IMG/VR virus record: IMGVR_UViG_3300027586_000007
Span: 1 to 64,000 of that record
Source of the DNA: a virus
Taxonomy: Duplodnaviria; Caudoviricetes
DNA: 64,000 nucleotides
Direction: 5' to 3' (one strand)
Shown piece by piece: positions 44,478-53,722 of the stretch (the stretch's first letter is position 1; each line of letters starts with the position of its first letter). The notes below the pieces were generated by a model. That model saw nothing but the letters and a program-made list of their open reading frames with translations. It did no database searches and had not been told where the DNA came from. Made by a program: the position numbers and the translations under genes.

Positions 44478-47400
44478 TGAGTTTTACGCACCTACACGTT
44501 CACTCCTATTATTCATTAATGGATGGACTAAATTCACCTAAAGAATTATGCCAAGCAGCACTAGATGCTGGGCAAACTGCGATTGCAATTACAGACCATG
44601 GTACTCTCTCTTCACACAGAGATATGCAAATTGCCGCAAAGGAAACTGGCATTAAGCCAATTCTTGGTGTTGAGGCGTACATTTCTCCAACAGATAGGTT
44701 TGACAGATCCTCTAAAACAGACAAGTCTATTCAAGCCTATAACCATATTATTTTGCTAGCGAAAAATAAAAAGGGGTTGGAGAATATAAATATTCTACAA
44801 GAGCTAGCATGGAACGAAGGCTTTTATCATAAGCCTAGAATTGACAGAGAGGTTTTAAATGATTATAGCGAAGGTATTATCGTTCTCAGCGGATGTCTTA
44901 ATGGACTCATTAGTAAGGCTATCGATAAAGGTAACATGGAAGAGGCTGAACTTCTTCTCAAAGGCTTTAAGAAAACTTTCGGACAAGATTTTTACGTGGA
45001 AGTGCAATCACATAACCCTGTGGAGATCAACTCCGCCCTTCTAGAATTAGCAGATAAGCTTGGAATTAAAGCGGTGGCAACAGGTGATGCTCACTTTGCT
45101 AAAGAAGAAGATAGAATATTAGAAGAAGCACTTCTTATTTTATCGACATCTCCTAAAATTGATAAGGATTCAGACTTTGAAATGTCTCGCAATATAAAAG
45201 ACATGATGGAAAGATTTAACTACCTTTATCCAGATCGTAGAATTTCATTTCAAGATTACAATTTATTTATTCAGTCTAGAGAAGAAATTGAAGCAGACTT
45301 TAACACTGCTGGTATTACTCGTACAGACATATATGAGAATACCATGGAGATTGAAAACAAGATTGAGGAATATGATTTCCACCAAGGACTAGACCTCCTG
45401 CCAGTTCCAAAAACAGATGCAGATGATAAGCTTCGTGAGATGGCATATGCTGGATTAAACAAACTTGGATTTTCAGATAACAAAGTTTATGCTGATAGAG
45501 TTGAAGAAGAGCTTTCAGTCATCGCATCTAAAAGCTTTGCGTCTTACTTTTTGGTAATTGCAGACATGATTGATTGGGCTAAGACAAACGATATTCGTGT
45601 TGGGCCAGGACGTGGCTCTGCAGCAGGCTCACTCGTATGCTATTCCTTGGGCATAACAGATGTTGATCCAATTAAATATAATCTTCTATTTTTTAGATTT
45701 ATTAATCCAGAGCGTAATGACTTTCCAGATATTGATACAGACTTTGAAGATCGACGTCGTAAAGAGGTAAAAGAGTATTTAAAGAAAAAGTTTAAGCACG
45801 TAGCATCTATTTCTACCTATACTTATTTTAAAGATAAGGGTGTCATTCGTGATGCAGCAAGAATTTTTATGGTTCCTCTTCAAGAAGTTAATCGTGCAAT
45901 GAAATCAATTGACACTTTTGAAGATTTTATTTCTTCTCCTAACACTAAAGAGTTTAGAGCAAAATACCCAGAGGTGGTATGGCTTGCAGATAGACTACGT
46001 GGAAGAATTAGATCGGTTGGAGTTCACGCTGCAGGAGTTGTTGTGGCAAAAGATGACCTGCGAAAGTTTGCTCCAGTTGAATCAAGAGAAGACGCACAAG
46101 ATAAAGTATCAGGAAGAATTCCTGTCGTTGCATACGATATGGATACGGTTGCAGATATAGGTCTTATTAAACTAGATGCACTAGGGCTTAAGACCTTATC
46201 TGTGATTTCTGACACACTAAAATCAATTAAGTCTAGAACCAACAAAGATATTATATTGTCTGATATGGCACTTGATGATCCAGAAGTCTATAAAATGCTT
46301 AGCGAAGGATTTACTAAGGGAGTCTTCCAAGCTGAAGCAACTCCATATACCAACCTGCTAATTAAAATGGGAACAGATAAGTTTGAAGATTTAGTTGCAT
46401 CTAACGCACTCGTAAGACCAGGAGCTATGAATACAGTAGGTGCTGCATACATTAAGCGCAAGCACGGCAATGAGGCTGTAGATTATATGCACACAATCAT
46501 GAAGCCCTTTACCGAGAATACTTATGGTGTTATCATATATCAAGAGCAAGTTATGCAGGCATGCGTACACTTGGGCGGTATGACTTGGGCAGAGGCTGAT
46601 AAGGTCCGCAAGATTATTGGAAAGAAAAAAGATGCAAAAGAGTTTGACCAGTTCAAAGATAGGTTTGTTACTGGGGCTTCAGAACACATTACTAAGAAAA
46701 AAGCAGAGGCGCTTTGGCACGATTTTGAAGCGCATGCTGGTTATTCTTTTAACCGCTCCCATGCTGTTGCTTACTCTATGCTTAGTTATTATACTGCTTG
46801 GCTTAAGTTTTATTATCCACTTGAATTCATGTTTTCAATTCTTAAAAACGAAAACGATAAAGATGCTAGGACTGAATACTTAATCGAAGCTAAGCGTCTA
46901 GGACTCAAGGTTCTGCTTCCCCACATTAATGAATCTGATCTTGATTTCTCACTTCAAGAAAATGCAATCCGTTTTGGATTATCTGAAGTTAAGTTTATAT
47001 CTGATAATATTGCAAATAAGATTATTGATAGTAGACCGTACACCAACTACGATCACTTTATTTCTATTGCTTCCGCTAAAGGAAGCGGTATGAATAGTAG
47101 GGCAATCAGTTCACTCAATGCAATTGGTGCAGCGGCATTTAAAGATAATCCTAGAAGCGGTAATGAAAAAGATAATTATTATGAGTATCTTGGTATACCT
47201 ACATTTAACTTAGAAGGGATTCCACCAAGGGTTAAAGCTCAGGCTAGACCAATTGAAGAGTTTGATGACCTAGGTTCGTTTGTTATGTTTGGAATGGTAA
47301 AAGGAATTAAACGTGGTTCTGGCTGGGCAAGAGTAGAGATAGTAGACGAGACTGGTTCAATAGGACTATTTCATAATGAGCAGACACAAATTGAAGTAGG

Positions 47401-47746
47401 CCAAATGTATTTCATCCTTGTCGGAGATAATAGAATTGCAAGATATATAAAGGTGTCTGATATAGATCCATCATCAAATGATATGTTTGTTGACTACCTA
47501 TACCGCAAAGAATATGATTTAGAAGAAGATGAGTATATCGTTGTAAACTTTACCCCATATGTAACAAAAGCAGGCAAAACTATGAGCCACATAGTGTTGT
47601 CAAATAGAAATAAAGAGTTGACAAGAGCAATTGCTTTTCCAACTATGTATAAGATGACCCTTGCAAAAATGCGTGAGGGAATGAAGTGTAGGGTTGTTCT
47701 ATCAAAATTAGACGATGGAACTATGAATGTAAAGGAAATCAAATGA
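44477..47746 (+). CDS. dnaE: DNA polymerase III alpha subunit (DnaE-type, C family)
   Basis: PHP HLHVHSYYSLMDG/AITDHG, GPGRGSAAGSLV, PDIDTD, LIKLDALGL, GYSFNRSH; no intein seen. Confidence 0.95.
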   Translation: MSFTHLHVHSYYSLMDGLNSPKELCQAALDAGQTAIAITDHGTLSSHRDMQIAAKETGIKPILGVEAYISPTDRFDRSSKTDKSIQAYNHIILLAKNKKGLENINILQELAWNEGFYHKPRIDREVLNDYSEGIIVLSGCLNGLISKAIDKGNMEEAELLLKGFKKTFGQDFYVEVQSHNPVEINSALLELADKLGIKAVATGDAHFAKEEDRILEEALLILSTSPKIDKDSDFEMSRNIKDMMERFNYLYPDRRISFQDYNLFIQSREEIEADFNTAGITRTDIYENTMEIENKIEEYDFHQGLDLLPVPKTDADDKLREMAYAGLNKLGFSDNKVYADRVEEELSVIASKSFASYFLVIADMIDWAKTNDIRVGPGRGSAAGSLVCYSLGITDVDPIKYNLLFFRFINPERNDFPDIDTDFEDRRRKEVKEYLKKKFKHVASISTYTYFKDKGVIRDAARIFMVPLQEVNRAMKSIDTFEDFISSPNTKEFRAKYPEVVWLADRLRGRIRSVGVHAAGVVVAKDDLRKFAPVESREDAQDKVSGRIPVVAYDMDTVADIGLIKLDALGLKTLSVISDTLKSIKSRTNKDIILSDMALDDPEVYKMLSEGFTKGVFQAEATPYTNLLIKMGTDKFEDLVASNALVRPGAMNTVGAAYIKRKHGNEAVDYMHTIMKPFTENTYGVIIYQEQVMQACVHLGGMTWAEADKVRKIIGKKKDAKEFDQFKDRFVTGASEHITKKKAEALWHDFEAHAGYSFNRSHAVAYSMLSYYTAWLKFYYPLEFMFSILKNENDKDARTEYLIEAKRLGLKVLLPHINESDLDFSLQENAIRFGLSEVKFISDNIANKIIDSRPYTNYDHFISIASAKGSGMNSRAISSLNAIGAAAFKDNPRSGNEKDNYYEYLGIPTFNLEGIPPRVKAQARPIEEFDDLGSFVMFGMVKGIKRGSGWARVEIVDETGSIGLFHNEQTQIEVGQMYFILVGDNRIARYIKVSDIDPSSNDMFVDYLYRKEYDLEEDEYIVVNFTPYVTKAGKTMSHIVLSNRNKELTRAIAFPTMYKMTLAKMREGMKCRVVLSKLDDGTMNVKEIK

Positions 47747-47940
47747 GTGATGCAAAAATAGAAGATGTTTATGCACAGCTAAATATTGCTAAGATACTTG
47801 TTGCCGCAATTGAAAGTCTTGGAGAAATTTCTCTACCAGTTCAAAACTTTTTAAAGGCAGCCAATGAAGACAAAGAATTACAAGTAGATTATAATGAAGC
47901 TGATCAAACATTTACATTTAAGCTTAAGCAAAAAGATTAA
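47743..47940 (+). CDS. Hypothetical protein (paralog of 48006)
   Basis: 65 aa; ATGA overlap. Confidence 0.65.
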   Translation: MSDAKIEDVYAQLNIAKILVAAIESLGEISLPVQNFLKAANEDKELQVDYNEADQTFTFKLKQKD

Positions 47941-47971
47941 TTAAAATGGGCTTCACAGCCCCCAATTTAAA

Positions 47972-47980
47972 TGGTATACT
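47972..47980 (+). promoter_or_regulatory. Extended -10 TGGTATACT
   Basis: Intergenic, after an imperfect hairpin at 47941-47970. Confidence 0.5.
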
Positions 47981-48005
47981 ACTATAGAGAAGAAAGAAGA
48001 ATAAA

Positions 48006-48383
48006 ATGGCAGATCATGATATTGTGTATGAGGGCGGATATAAGATTTCACCAGAAGACGCTTTAATAAACGAAAAAATTGCTGATCAATTAGCTGGAAC
48101 AAATACTTTAGTGGCTATACTAGAGCACTATGGGAAATTGACCGTACCAAGAAAAAATTTAATGGAGTTAATAGAAGTAGATCAGGTATGGCCAAATGAT
48201 TTTATTTATAATCACGGCTCAGCGATGGCAGTAACATACAATCCAAACACTGACGAAATGGGTTTTGAGTTAAGATATTTAATGGATGGAGACATACCTG
48301 CAGACATCGTGTCTTGGTGCTGCACAAGAAATCAAACTAAGGTGGGATTTATCGATCATGATAGTCCTATATACAAACACTAA
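48006..48383 (+). CDS. Hypothetical protein (paralog of 47743)
   Basis: Shares QL..xxLVA..E..G...P and V.YN...F.L patterns. Confidence 0.6.
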   Translation: MADHDIVYEGGYKISPEDALINEKIADQLAGTNTLVAILEHYGKLTVPRKNLMELIEVDQVWPNDFIYNHGSAMAVTYNPNTDEMGFELRYLMDGDIPADIVSWCCTRNQTKVGFIDHDSPIYKH

Positions 48384-49384
48384 TGATATCAATAGACACT
48401 ATTTTATCTAAGCTTGATCCTAAAACACGTGCTAGAGTTCAGTCTGCACAAAATGTTCAGGTGTCAAAACAGCTAACTCCCAGCATAGGATTAAATGTTG
48501 CGCTAAAAGGCGGACTAGGTTACGGAAGACAAGTCCTAGTATGGGGCAATAAGTCTGCTGGTAAGTCTTCTTTTTGTTTGCAGATGATAGCACTAGCTCA
48601 GCAAGAAGGAAAAACATGTGCTTGGATTGATGCTGAATCTTCTTATGATCAGAGTTGGGCAGAACGGCTTGGAGTAGATTCATCTTCTCTTATTTATTCT
48701 CAGGCTAAAACAGTTAATGATATGGTTGATGTTGGAGTAAAGCTTATGGAAGCTGGAGTTGATGTTATTGTTGTTGATTCAATTTCTGCTTTGCTTCCTG
48801 GCATATATTTTGAAAAAGATGGAAATGAAATGAAGGATTTGCAAGATACTAAGCAAATCGGCGCAGAAGCAAAGGATATGACTCACGCAGTCAAAATGTT
48901 AAATTATGCAAACAAAAATACACTACTGGTTCTCATCTCACAGCAAAGAAATCAATTTGGATCTATGCATGCCTCCCACATTCCGACAGGAGGAATGGCA
49001 GTTAAGTTCTTCTCTTCCACAGTCATTAAACTATGGTCTTCGGAGGCTGAAGCTAATGCTATTAAAGCAGGCGTTGCGGTTGGTGACAAAATCATTGAAC
49101 AAAGAGTTGGCAGGCCAGTCAATTGGATTATTGATTACAACAAGCTCGGCCCCCCTAATCTTTCAGGACAATACGATTTCTACTACCAAGGAGATCATAT
49201 AGGAGTAGATAAAGTTGGCGAGTCGCTTGATGTTGCAGAGATGTATGGATTAATTGAAAAAGGTGGCGCTTGGTATACCATTAATGGAGAGCGTTTTCAA
49301 GGAAGAGCAAAAGCTGTTTCATATCTCAGAGATAACCCAGAAGTATCTGCATCTTTAATTGGTGAGATTAATGCCAGATCTTAA
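48383..49384 (+). CDS. recA: RecA/UvsX-like recombinase
   Basis: GNKSAGKS Walker A, WIDAE, VIVVDSISAL, TGGMAVKFFSS, KGGAWY. Confidence 0.9.
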   Translation: MISIDTILSKLDPKTRARVQSAQNVQVSKQLTPSIGLNVALKGGLGYGRQVLVWGNKSAGKSSFCLQMIALAQQEGKTCAWIDAESSYDQSWAERLGVDSSSLIYSQAKTVNDMVDVGVKLMEAGVDVIVVDSISALLPGIYFEKDGNEMKDLQDTKQIGAEAKDMTHAVKMLNYANKNTLLVLISQQRNQFGSMHASHIPTGGMAVKFFSSTVIKLWSSEAEANAIKAGVAVGDKIIEQRVGRPVNWIIDYNKLGPPNLSGQYDFYYQGDHIGVDKVGESLDVAEMYGLIEKGGAWYTINGERFQGRAKAVSYLRDNPEVSASLIGEINARS

Positions 49385-49562
49385 TGAATTTTTAAACAAG
49401 TCTACTGCTGAAGATGTATCCGTTGATGGAGAAATTATAGAGCAGATGCGCCCTTGTTCAAAGTGCGATTTGTATGTCGAATCTTATATTTTTAATAGCC
49501 AGACTATGGAGATGAGATGGACATGCAAAGACGGTCACGAGACAAGGTATAGTGTCGGGTAA
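49371..49562 (+). CDS. Small zinc-binding protein
   Basis: PCSKC...WTCKDGH; ATG 49371. Confidence 0.6.
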   Translation: MPDLNEFLNKSTAEDVSVDGEIIEQMRPCSKCDLYVESYIFNSQTMEMRWTCKDGHETRYSVG

Positions 49563-49876
49563 TGTCAGAAAGATCAGAAGTTAAAAGAGACGGAGCCAAA
49601 GCACAGAAAAACTCTGGGCGTGGGGACTATCAAAAGGGTGATGCCCAATGGAATAAATTTTTAGTAGACTACAAAGAAGCAGGATCATCGTTCACTTTAA
49701 ATAAAGACAACTGGGCAAAGATATGCACAGATACATTTAAGGTAAACAGAGATATGCATCCGCTGCTAAAAATAATAATTGGCAAAGATTCAAAGGTAAG
49801 GCTTGGTATAATAGAGTGGTCAGTGTTAGAAGAATTAATAGAATTTTGGGAGAAAAATTATGACTCAGTACAATAA
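49562..49876 (+). CDS. PD-(D/E)xK nuclease, Holliday-junction-resolvase-like
   Basis: MSERSE...NSGRG..QKGD...LVDYKE. Confidence 0.6.
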   Translation: MSERSEVKRDGAKAQKNSGRGDYQKGDAQWNKFLVDYKEAGSSFTLNKDNWAKICTDTFKVNRDMHPLLKIIIGKDSKVRLGIIEWSVLEELIEFWEKNYDSVQ

Positions 49877-50804
49877 AACAACAATAATGCCATTCGTAGT
49901 TTTGTATCGTGGTCTTTTTGATAATGCACCAGAAATACTGCAAATGCTAAAAGACTCAAATACATCAAGTATTCTTCAGGAATGGGAACCGTGGTATGAG
50001 CTAGGTCTAAGAACAAGGCTAGAGCCACACAGAGGAAACCCACTATCAGAAATTGAAAAGCATCAACTTAAATTACAAAAGTATATCTATACAAATTTAA
50101 TATCTGCCTATAAAGATTATGTAGAAGACTGGACTAAACCAGAAATTATTAAAAAGTATATCAATCCTAATAGATCTTTTTATGAAGATTGGAAATATGT
50201 ATTCGGAGAGTTTGTAACGGATTGGTCAGGATTTGATAATATACCTAACCAGTCAGATGAAGATTGCTGGATTAAGGGAGCAGTAGAAATATTAAAACAC
50301 GATCATACTGTTGGCAAAGGACTGGAACTTGCAATTGGATATCATCTAGATGCCTTTAACTCAAAGGATGCTGCTGGCCCAAAATCAATTATTACTGGAA
50401 CAGTGTATTTAAATGATGAATACGAAGGCGGAGAGATATCATTTTTAAATGAGTTTGACAGTAGTATTATTACATATAAGCCAAAACAAGGAGACCTTAT
50501 AGTATTCCCTTCAGCAAAACCATTTTTTCATGCTGCTCAAAAAGTTTATGGGGCAGATAAATATCTTATAAGAAACTTTTTATTGTGGCAACACTCAGGA
50601 TCAGATAGATACAAAGAGGGACAAAAAAAGTTTGGTAAAGAACAATGGGAGACAATGCAAGATCTTATTAGAGAAACTGAAGATCTTTTAGGGCTATACC
50701 AAAAAGATGTTTATCTGCCAGGTACTTCAGTTTATGATAGGCCACATGGAAACGGAATACCGTTTTTCCCTAAAACAGTAGAAGTTTGGGAAGATAATAA
50801 GTGA
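49860..50804 (+). CDS. 2OG-Fe(II) oxygenase, P4H-like
   Basis: HLDA...YLNDEYEGGEISF...HAAQKVYGADKYLIRNF. Confidence 0.82.
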   Translation: MTQYNKTTIMPFVVLYRGLFDNAPEILQMLKDSNTSSILQEWEPWYELGLRTRLEPHRGNPLSEIEKHQLKLQKYIYTNLISAYKDYVEDWTKPEIIKKYINPNRSFYEDWKYVFGEFVTDWSGFDNIPNQSDEDCWIKGAVEILKHDHTVGKGLELAIGYHLDAFNSKDAAGPKSIITGTVYLNDEYEGGEISFLNEFDSSIITYKPKQGDLIVFPSAKPFFHAAQKVYGADKYLIRNFLLWQHSGSDRYKEGQKKFGKEQWETMQDLIRETEDLLGLYQKDVYLPGTSVYDRPHGNGIPFFPKTVEVWEDNK

Positions 50805-50920
50805 TTGAAAACTATATAATCGTATCTTCTATCACCTTTTTAATTGGTTTGTCCTTGGGATACGGCCTCGGACTTTTTGTTGACAAGATAGATAAGAGGA
50901 TTAAAAATGGCAGAGGATAA
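50801..50920 (+). CDS. Small single-pass membrane protein, 39 aa (not in track)
   Basis: GTGA overlap; MIENYIIVSSITFLIGLSLGYGLGLFVDKIDKRIKNGRG. Confidence 0.55.
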   Translation: MIENYIIVSSITFLIGLSLGYGLGLFVDKIDKRIKNGRG

Positions 50921-51245
50921 AAATACTTTAGAGCTTATTAGCGATATTACAGAGTTCAATGACCTGCATGAGTTTATGCAAGACGAGCATTTAGATAAAG
51001 CTCTTTCTATAGTAGTTAAGCTACTCATGAACCCAGATGTGCCTTCTGCAAAAGCACCTTATCTTATTATGGAACTACAGGCAATGTCAACTAAATTTGC
51101 AGTTCTTGCTTCTGTATACTCTACGATTGCTAAAGATAAGGCTGGTACAGCCAATAACAATAAGAAAAATATTTACTATTCAGTAAAAGAGTCCATAGAC
51201 AAACTTGTAGATGCACTTAAGTATGTAGTTAGATATAACTCATGA
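50907..51245 (+). CDS. Conserved hypothetical helical protein
   Basis: 112 aa; GAGGA RBS. Confidence 0.7.
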   Translation: MAEDKNTLELISDITEFNDLHEFMQDEHLDKALSIVVKLLMNPDVPSAKAPYLIMELQAMSTKFAVLASVYSTIAKDKAGTANNNKKNIYYSVKESIDKLVDALKYVVRYNS

Positions 51246-51394
51246 AGAAGATTTGGGCTTTGGCTGTATTAATAGCAACAGCAATTTTTTCAGGCTTAGC
51301 ATTATCTAGATTTTTAAAATGGGCTGGAAAGCAAGAGATTTTTGACTTTGACCTAAATGAGGACATTGATTATGAAGAATTGGATAAAATTTAG
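51242..51394 (+). CDS. Small membrane protein, 50 aa (not in track)
   Basis: MKKIWALAVLIATAIFSGLALSRFLKWAGKQEIFDFDLNEDIDYEELDKI; overlaps both neighbours. Confidence 0.6.
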   Translation: MKKIWALAVLIATAIFSGLALSRFLKWAGKQEIFDFDLNEDIDYEELDKI

Positions 51395-52182
51395 TGGCCA
51401 GAGATATTGTAAAAAATCTTAAGTTTAAAAAGCACACTGGTAATTTTTTTGATCCAGAAAAATTTGCTAAGCTGCTTGATGAATCCTACAGAAATACAAA
51501 GCGTCCAGATGGAGATACAACAAAAAAATCATTTAGCCCAAGCTCTCTAGGATACGGGCATGGCACCTGTCCGAGATATTGGTATATGGCATTTACTGGC
51601 GCAGTCTTCATTGATGATAACGATGCGGTTGCTGTAGCCAATATGGCTCAGGGAACGCAAGCACACGAAAGACTACAAAACCTTATTAAGACTATGCCTG
51701 AGTGGAGGGCGGAAGAAGAAGAAATTATTAATGAGTATCCACCTATCCGTGGCTTTATAGATTTAATTATGGAGTATGATGGTGAGACAGTTATTGGTGA
51801 AATTAAAACTGCAAAGCAAGAAGTATGGGATACTAGACAGGCTGAAATGAAGTCTTCTCCAAACCATATGCTACAGCTACTCACTTATATGAAATTAAAG
51901 AATGCCAAAGAAGGGTTCTTTTTATATGAAAATAAAAATACCCAAGAAGTATTAATTATTCCAATCTCTATGAACGAGAAGAATAAAGAAATTATTGAAA
52001 ATGCTTTTAAGTGGATGGAAGAAGTATGGGATAATTTTAATAATGGCGATCTACCTACAAGGCCACAAGATGCAACAAAATATAAACTGCCCTGCACTTA
52101 TTGTCCAGTTAAAAAAGAATGCTGGGCAAAAGGCTCTGATCCTGGCTCGGTAGACATTCCCTTGATGAAGGTTTTTAAATAG
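51394..52182 (+). CDS. Cas4/RecB-like exonuclease with 4-Cys cluster
   Basis: CPRYW...GTQAH...GFIDL...EIKT...QLLTY...CTYCPVKKEC. Confidence 0.82.
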   Translation: MARDIVKNLKFKKHTGNFFDPEKFAKLLDESYRNTKRPDGDTTKKSFSPSSLGYGHGTCPRYWYMAFTGAVFIDDNDAVAVANMAQGTQAHERLQNLIKTMPEWRAEEEEIINEYPPIRGFIDLIMEYDGETVIGEIKTAKQEVWDTRQAEMKSSPNHMLQLLTYMKLKNAKEGFFLYENKNTQEVLIIPISMNEKNKEIIENAFKWMEEVWDNFNNGDLPTRPQDATKYKLPCTYCPVKKECWAKGSDPGSVDIPLMKVFK

Positions 52183-52460
52183 TGATTTGTTTAAATAGTA
52201 AATGCGGAAAAGAATTTAATGCCAAAACGCATAATCAAAAATATTGTTCAGACGAGTGTTGTCGCCTTGCAACAAATAAAAGAATCATGGAAAAGTATTA
52301 CGAAAAGAAAGCAATTAAAAACGGTGCTCCAAGAAAATGCAAAACTTGTGCTAGTTTTTTAAGTAGATACAATTCAGAAGCAGTGTGTGCTAAATGCATA
52401 AAATCTAAACACATAAAGGATAAAAACGATTTGATGGGAATCCTAGATGACATTGGCTAG
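52182..52460 (+). CDS. Cys-rich zinc-binding protein
   Basis: CLNSKC...QKYCSDEC...CKTC...CAKC. Confidence 0.7.
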   Translation: MICLNSKCGKEFNAKTHNQKYCSDECCRLATNKRIMEKYYEKKAIKNGAPRKCKTCASFLSRYNSEAVCAKCIKSKHIKDKNDLMGILDDIG

Positions 52461-53013
52461 TTTAGTAAAAACAAAGGCTTCCAAGGTTTTAGGTATAGAC
52501 GCATCTACAAGCTCAATAGCTTTTTGCCTAATGGAAAATGATGTGCCATTAAAGTGGGGCAAAATTAATTTAGTTGGCAACGATATATATGAAAAAATTT
52601 ATAATGCTAAAGTTAATATGAGCGCAATGCTAGGCGAACTAAGTGCCGATTATATTGCAGTAGAAGGCGCCGTACTTGTCAGATCACCTGATGCTGTGAT
52701 AAAATTGTCTTATGTCTATGGAGTTGTTATTGCTGAGCTTATGTCTACTGGGGCTAAGGTTATTACTATTAGCCCATCCTCGTGGCAGGCGTACATTGGC
52801 AACAAAAATCCGACAAAGGATGAAAAGTCTGGAATAAGGCTGGCTAATCCAGGATACGCAGACTCCTGGTATAAAAATCAATTAAGAAATATGAGGAAGC
52901 AAAGAACTGCTGACTACTTTAATAGGAAGTACAATTTAAATGTGGTGGATTTTGACGTTGCAGATAGCTTTGGTATTGCACATTACGCTAACAAAGTATT
53001 AACACAACGATGA
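52447..53013 (+). CDS. ruvC: RuvC-like Holliday junction resolvase
   Basis: VLGIDASTSS...AVEG...DVADSFGIA. Confidence 0.78.
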   Translation: MTLASLVKTKASKVLGIDASTSSIAFCLMENDVPLKWGKINLVGNDIYEKIYNAKVNMSAMLGELSADYIAVEGAVLVRSPDAVIKLSYVYGVVIAELMSTGAKVITISPSSWQAYIGNKNPTKDEKSGIRLANPGYADSWYKNQLRNMRKQRTADYFNRKYNLNVVDFDVADSFGIAHYANKVLTQR

Positions 53014-53156
53014 AGCTATATCAAGACAAAGGCTGGCTTTATAATAGATATATTATTCAAAAAAAGACTATAGTTGAAATATCAAAAGAATGTAACGTAT
53101 CGGCTATGACCATACAGAGATATATAGAGAAATTTGGTATAAAGGTCAAGCGTTAA
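53010..53156 (+). CDS. Small HTH protein, 48 aa (not in track)
   Basis: MKLYQDKGWLYNRYIIQKKTIVEISKECNVSAMTIQRYIEKFGIKVKR. Confidence 0.7.
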   Translation: MKLYQDKGWLYNRYIIQKKTIVEISKECNVSAMTIQRYIEKFGIKVKR

Positions 53157-53185
53157 TTGACATTTTGGTTGACTAGAAGTATAAT
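53157..53185 (+). promoter_or_regulatory. Consensus promoter TTGACA-N17-TATAAT, leaderless
   Basis: ATG 53192 is 6 nt downstream. Confidence 0.85.
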
Positions 53186-53191
53186 AATTTA

Positions 53192-53722
53192 ATGACAGAA
53201 ATAGAGCCATCCATCCACTTTGACAAGATGAATAAAGTTGTTTCGGAGTTATTAAAGGGCAATTCGGCTACCCAGATTGCTACAATAACTGGCATGGCTA
53301 GAAAAGATGTCTTAGAGTATATTGATGAGTGGAAGGCTGTGGTCCATAACGATACTAATGTTAGAGACCGTGCAAGAGAAGCTCTTATGGGGGCTGATCA
53401 ACACTACGACATACTAATTAAAGAAGCTTGGAAAACCGTAGAAGACGCAGACACACAGGGCCAACTTAACGTAAAATCTGGAACCTTAAAACTAATTGCA
53501 GATATTGAGGGCAAAAGAATTGCAATGTTGCAGGCAGTAGGTGTTTTAGAGAACAACGAGATGGCCTCACAAATATTAGAAAATGAAAAAAAGCAAGAGA
53601 TGCTTGTTAGTATATTAAAAGAAGTTACCTCTAACTGCAACCACTGCAAGATAGAGGTTGCCAAAAGATTATCTCAGATCACTGGGATTGTAGAGCCTAT
53701 CATTATTTCTCAAGAGGCTTAA
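53192..53722 (+). CDS. Putative terminase small subunit (HTH + coiled coil)
   Basis: N-terminal HTH; directly precedes terL. Confidence 0.55.
   Translation: MTEIEPSIHFDKMNKVVSELLKGNSATQIATITGMARKDVLEYIDEWKAVVHNDTNVRDRAREALMGADQHYDILIKEAWKTVEDADTQGQLNVKSGTLKLIADIEGKRIAMLQAVGVLENNEMASQILENEKKQEMLVSILKEVTSNCNHCKIEVAKRLSQITGIVEPIIISQEA

Noticed and set aside
51394-52182. CRISPR-Cas system suggested by the Cas4-like gene
   Set aside because: No other cas genes and no repeat-spacer array; all tandem repeats lie within coding frames. Stand-alone Cas4-like nucleases are common in phage recombination modules.
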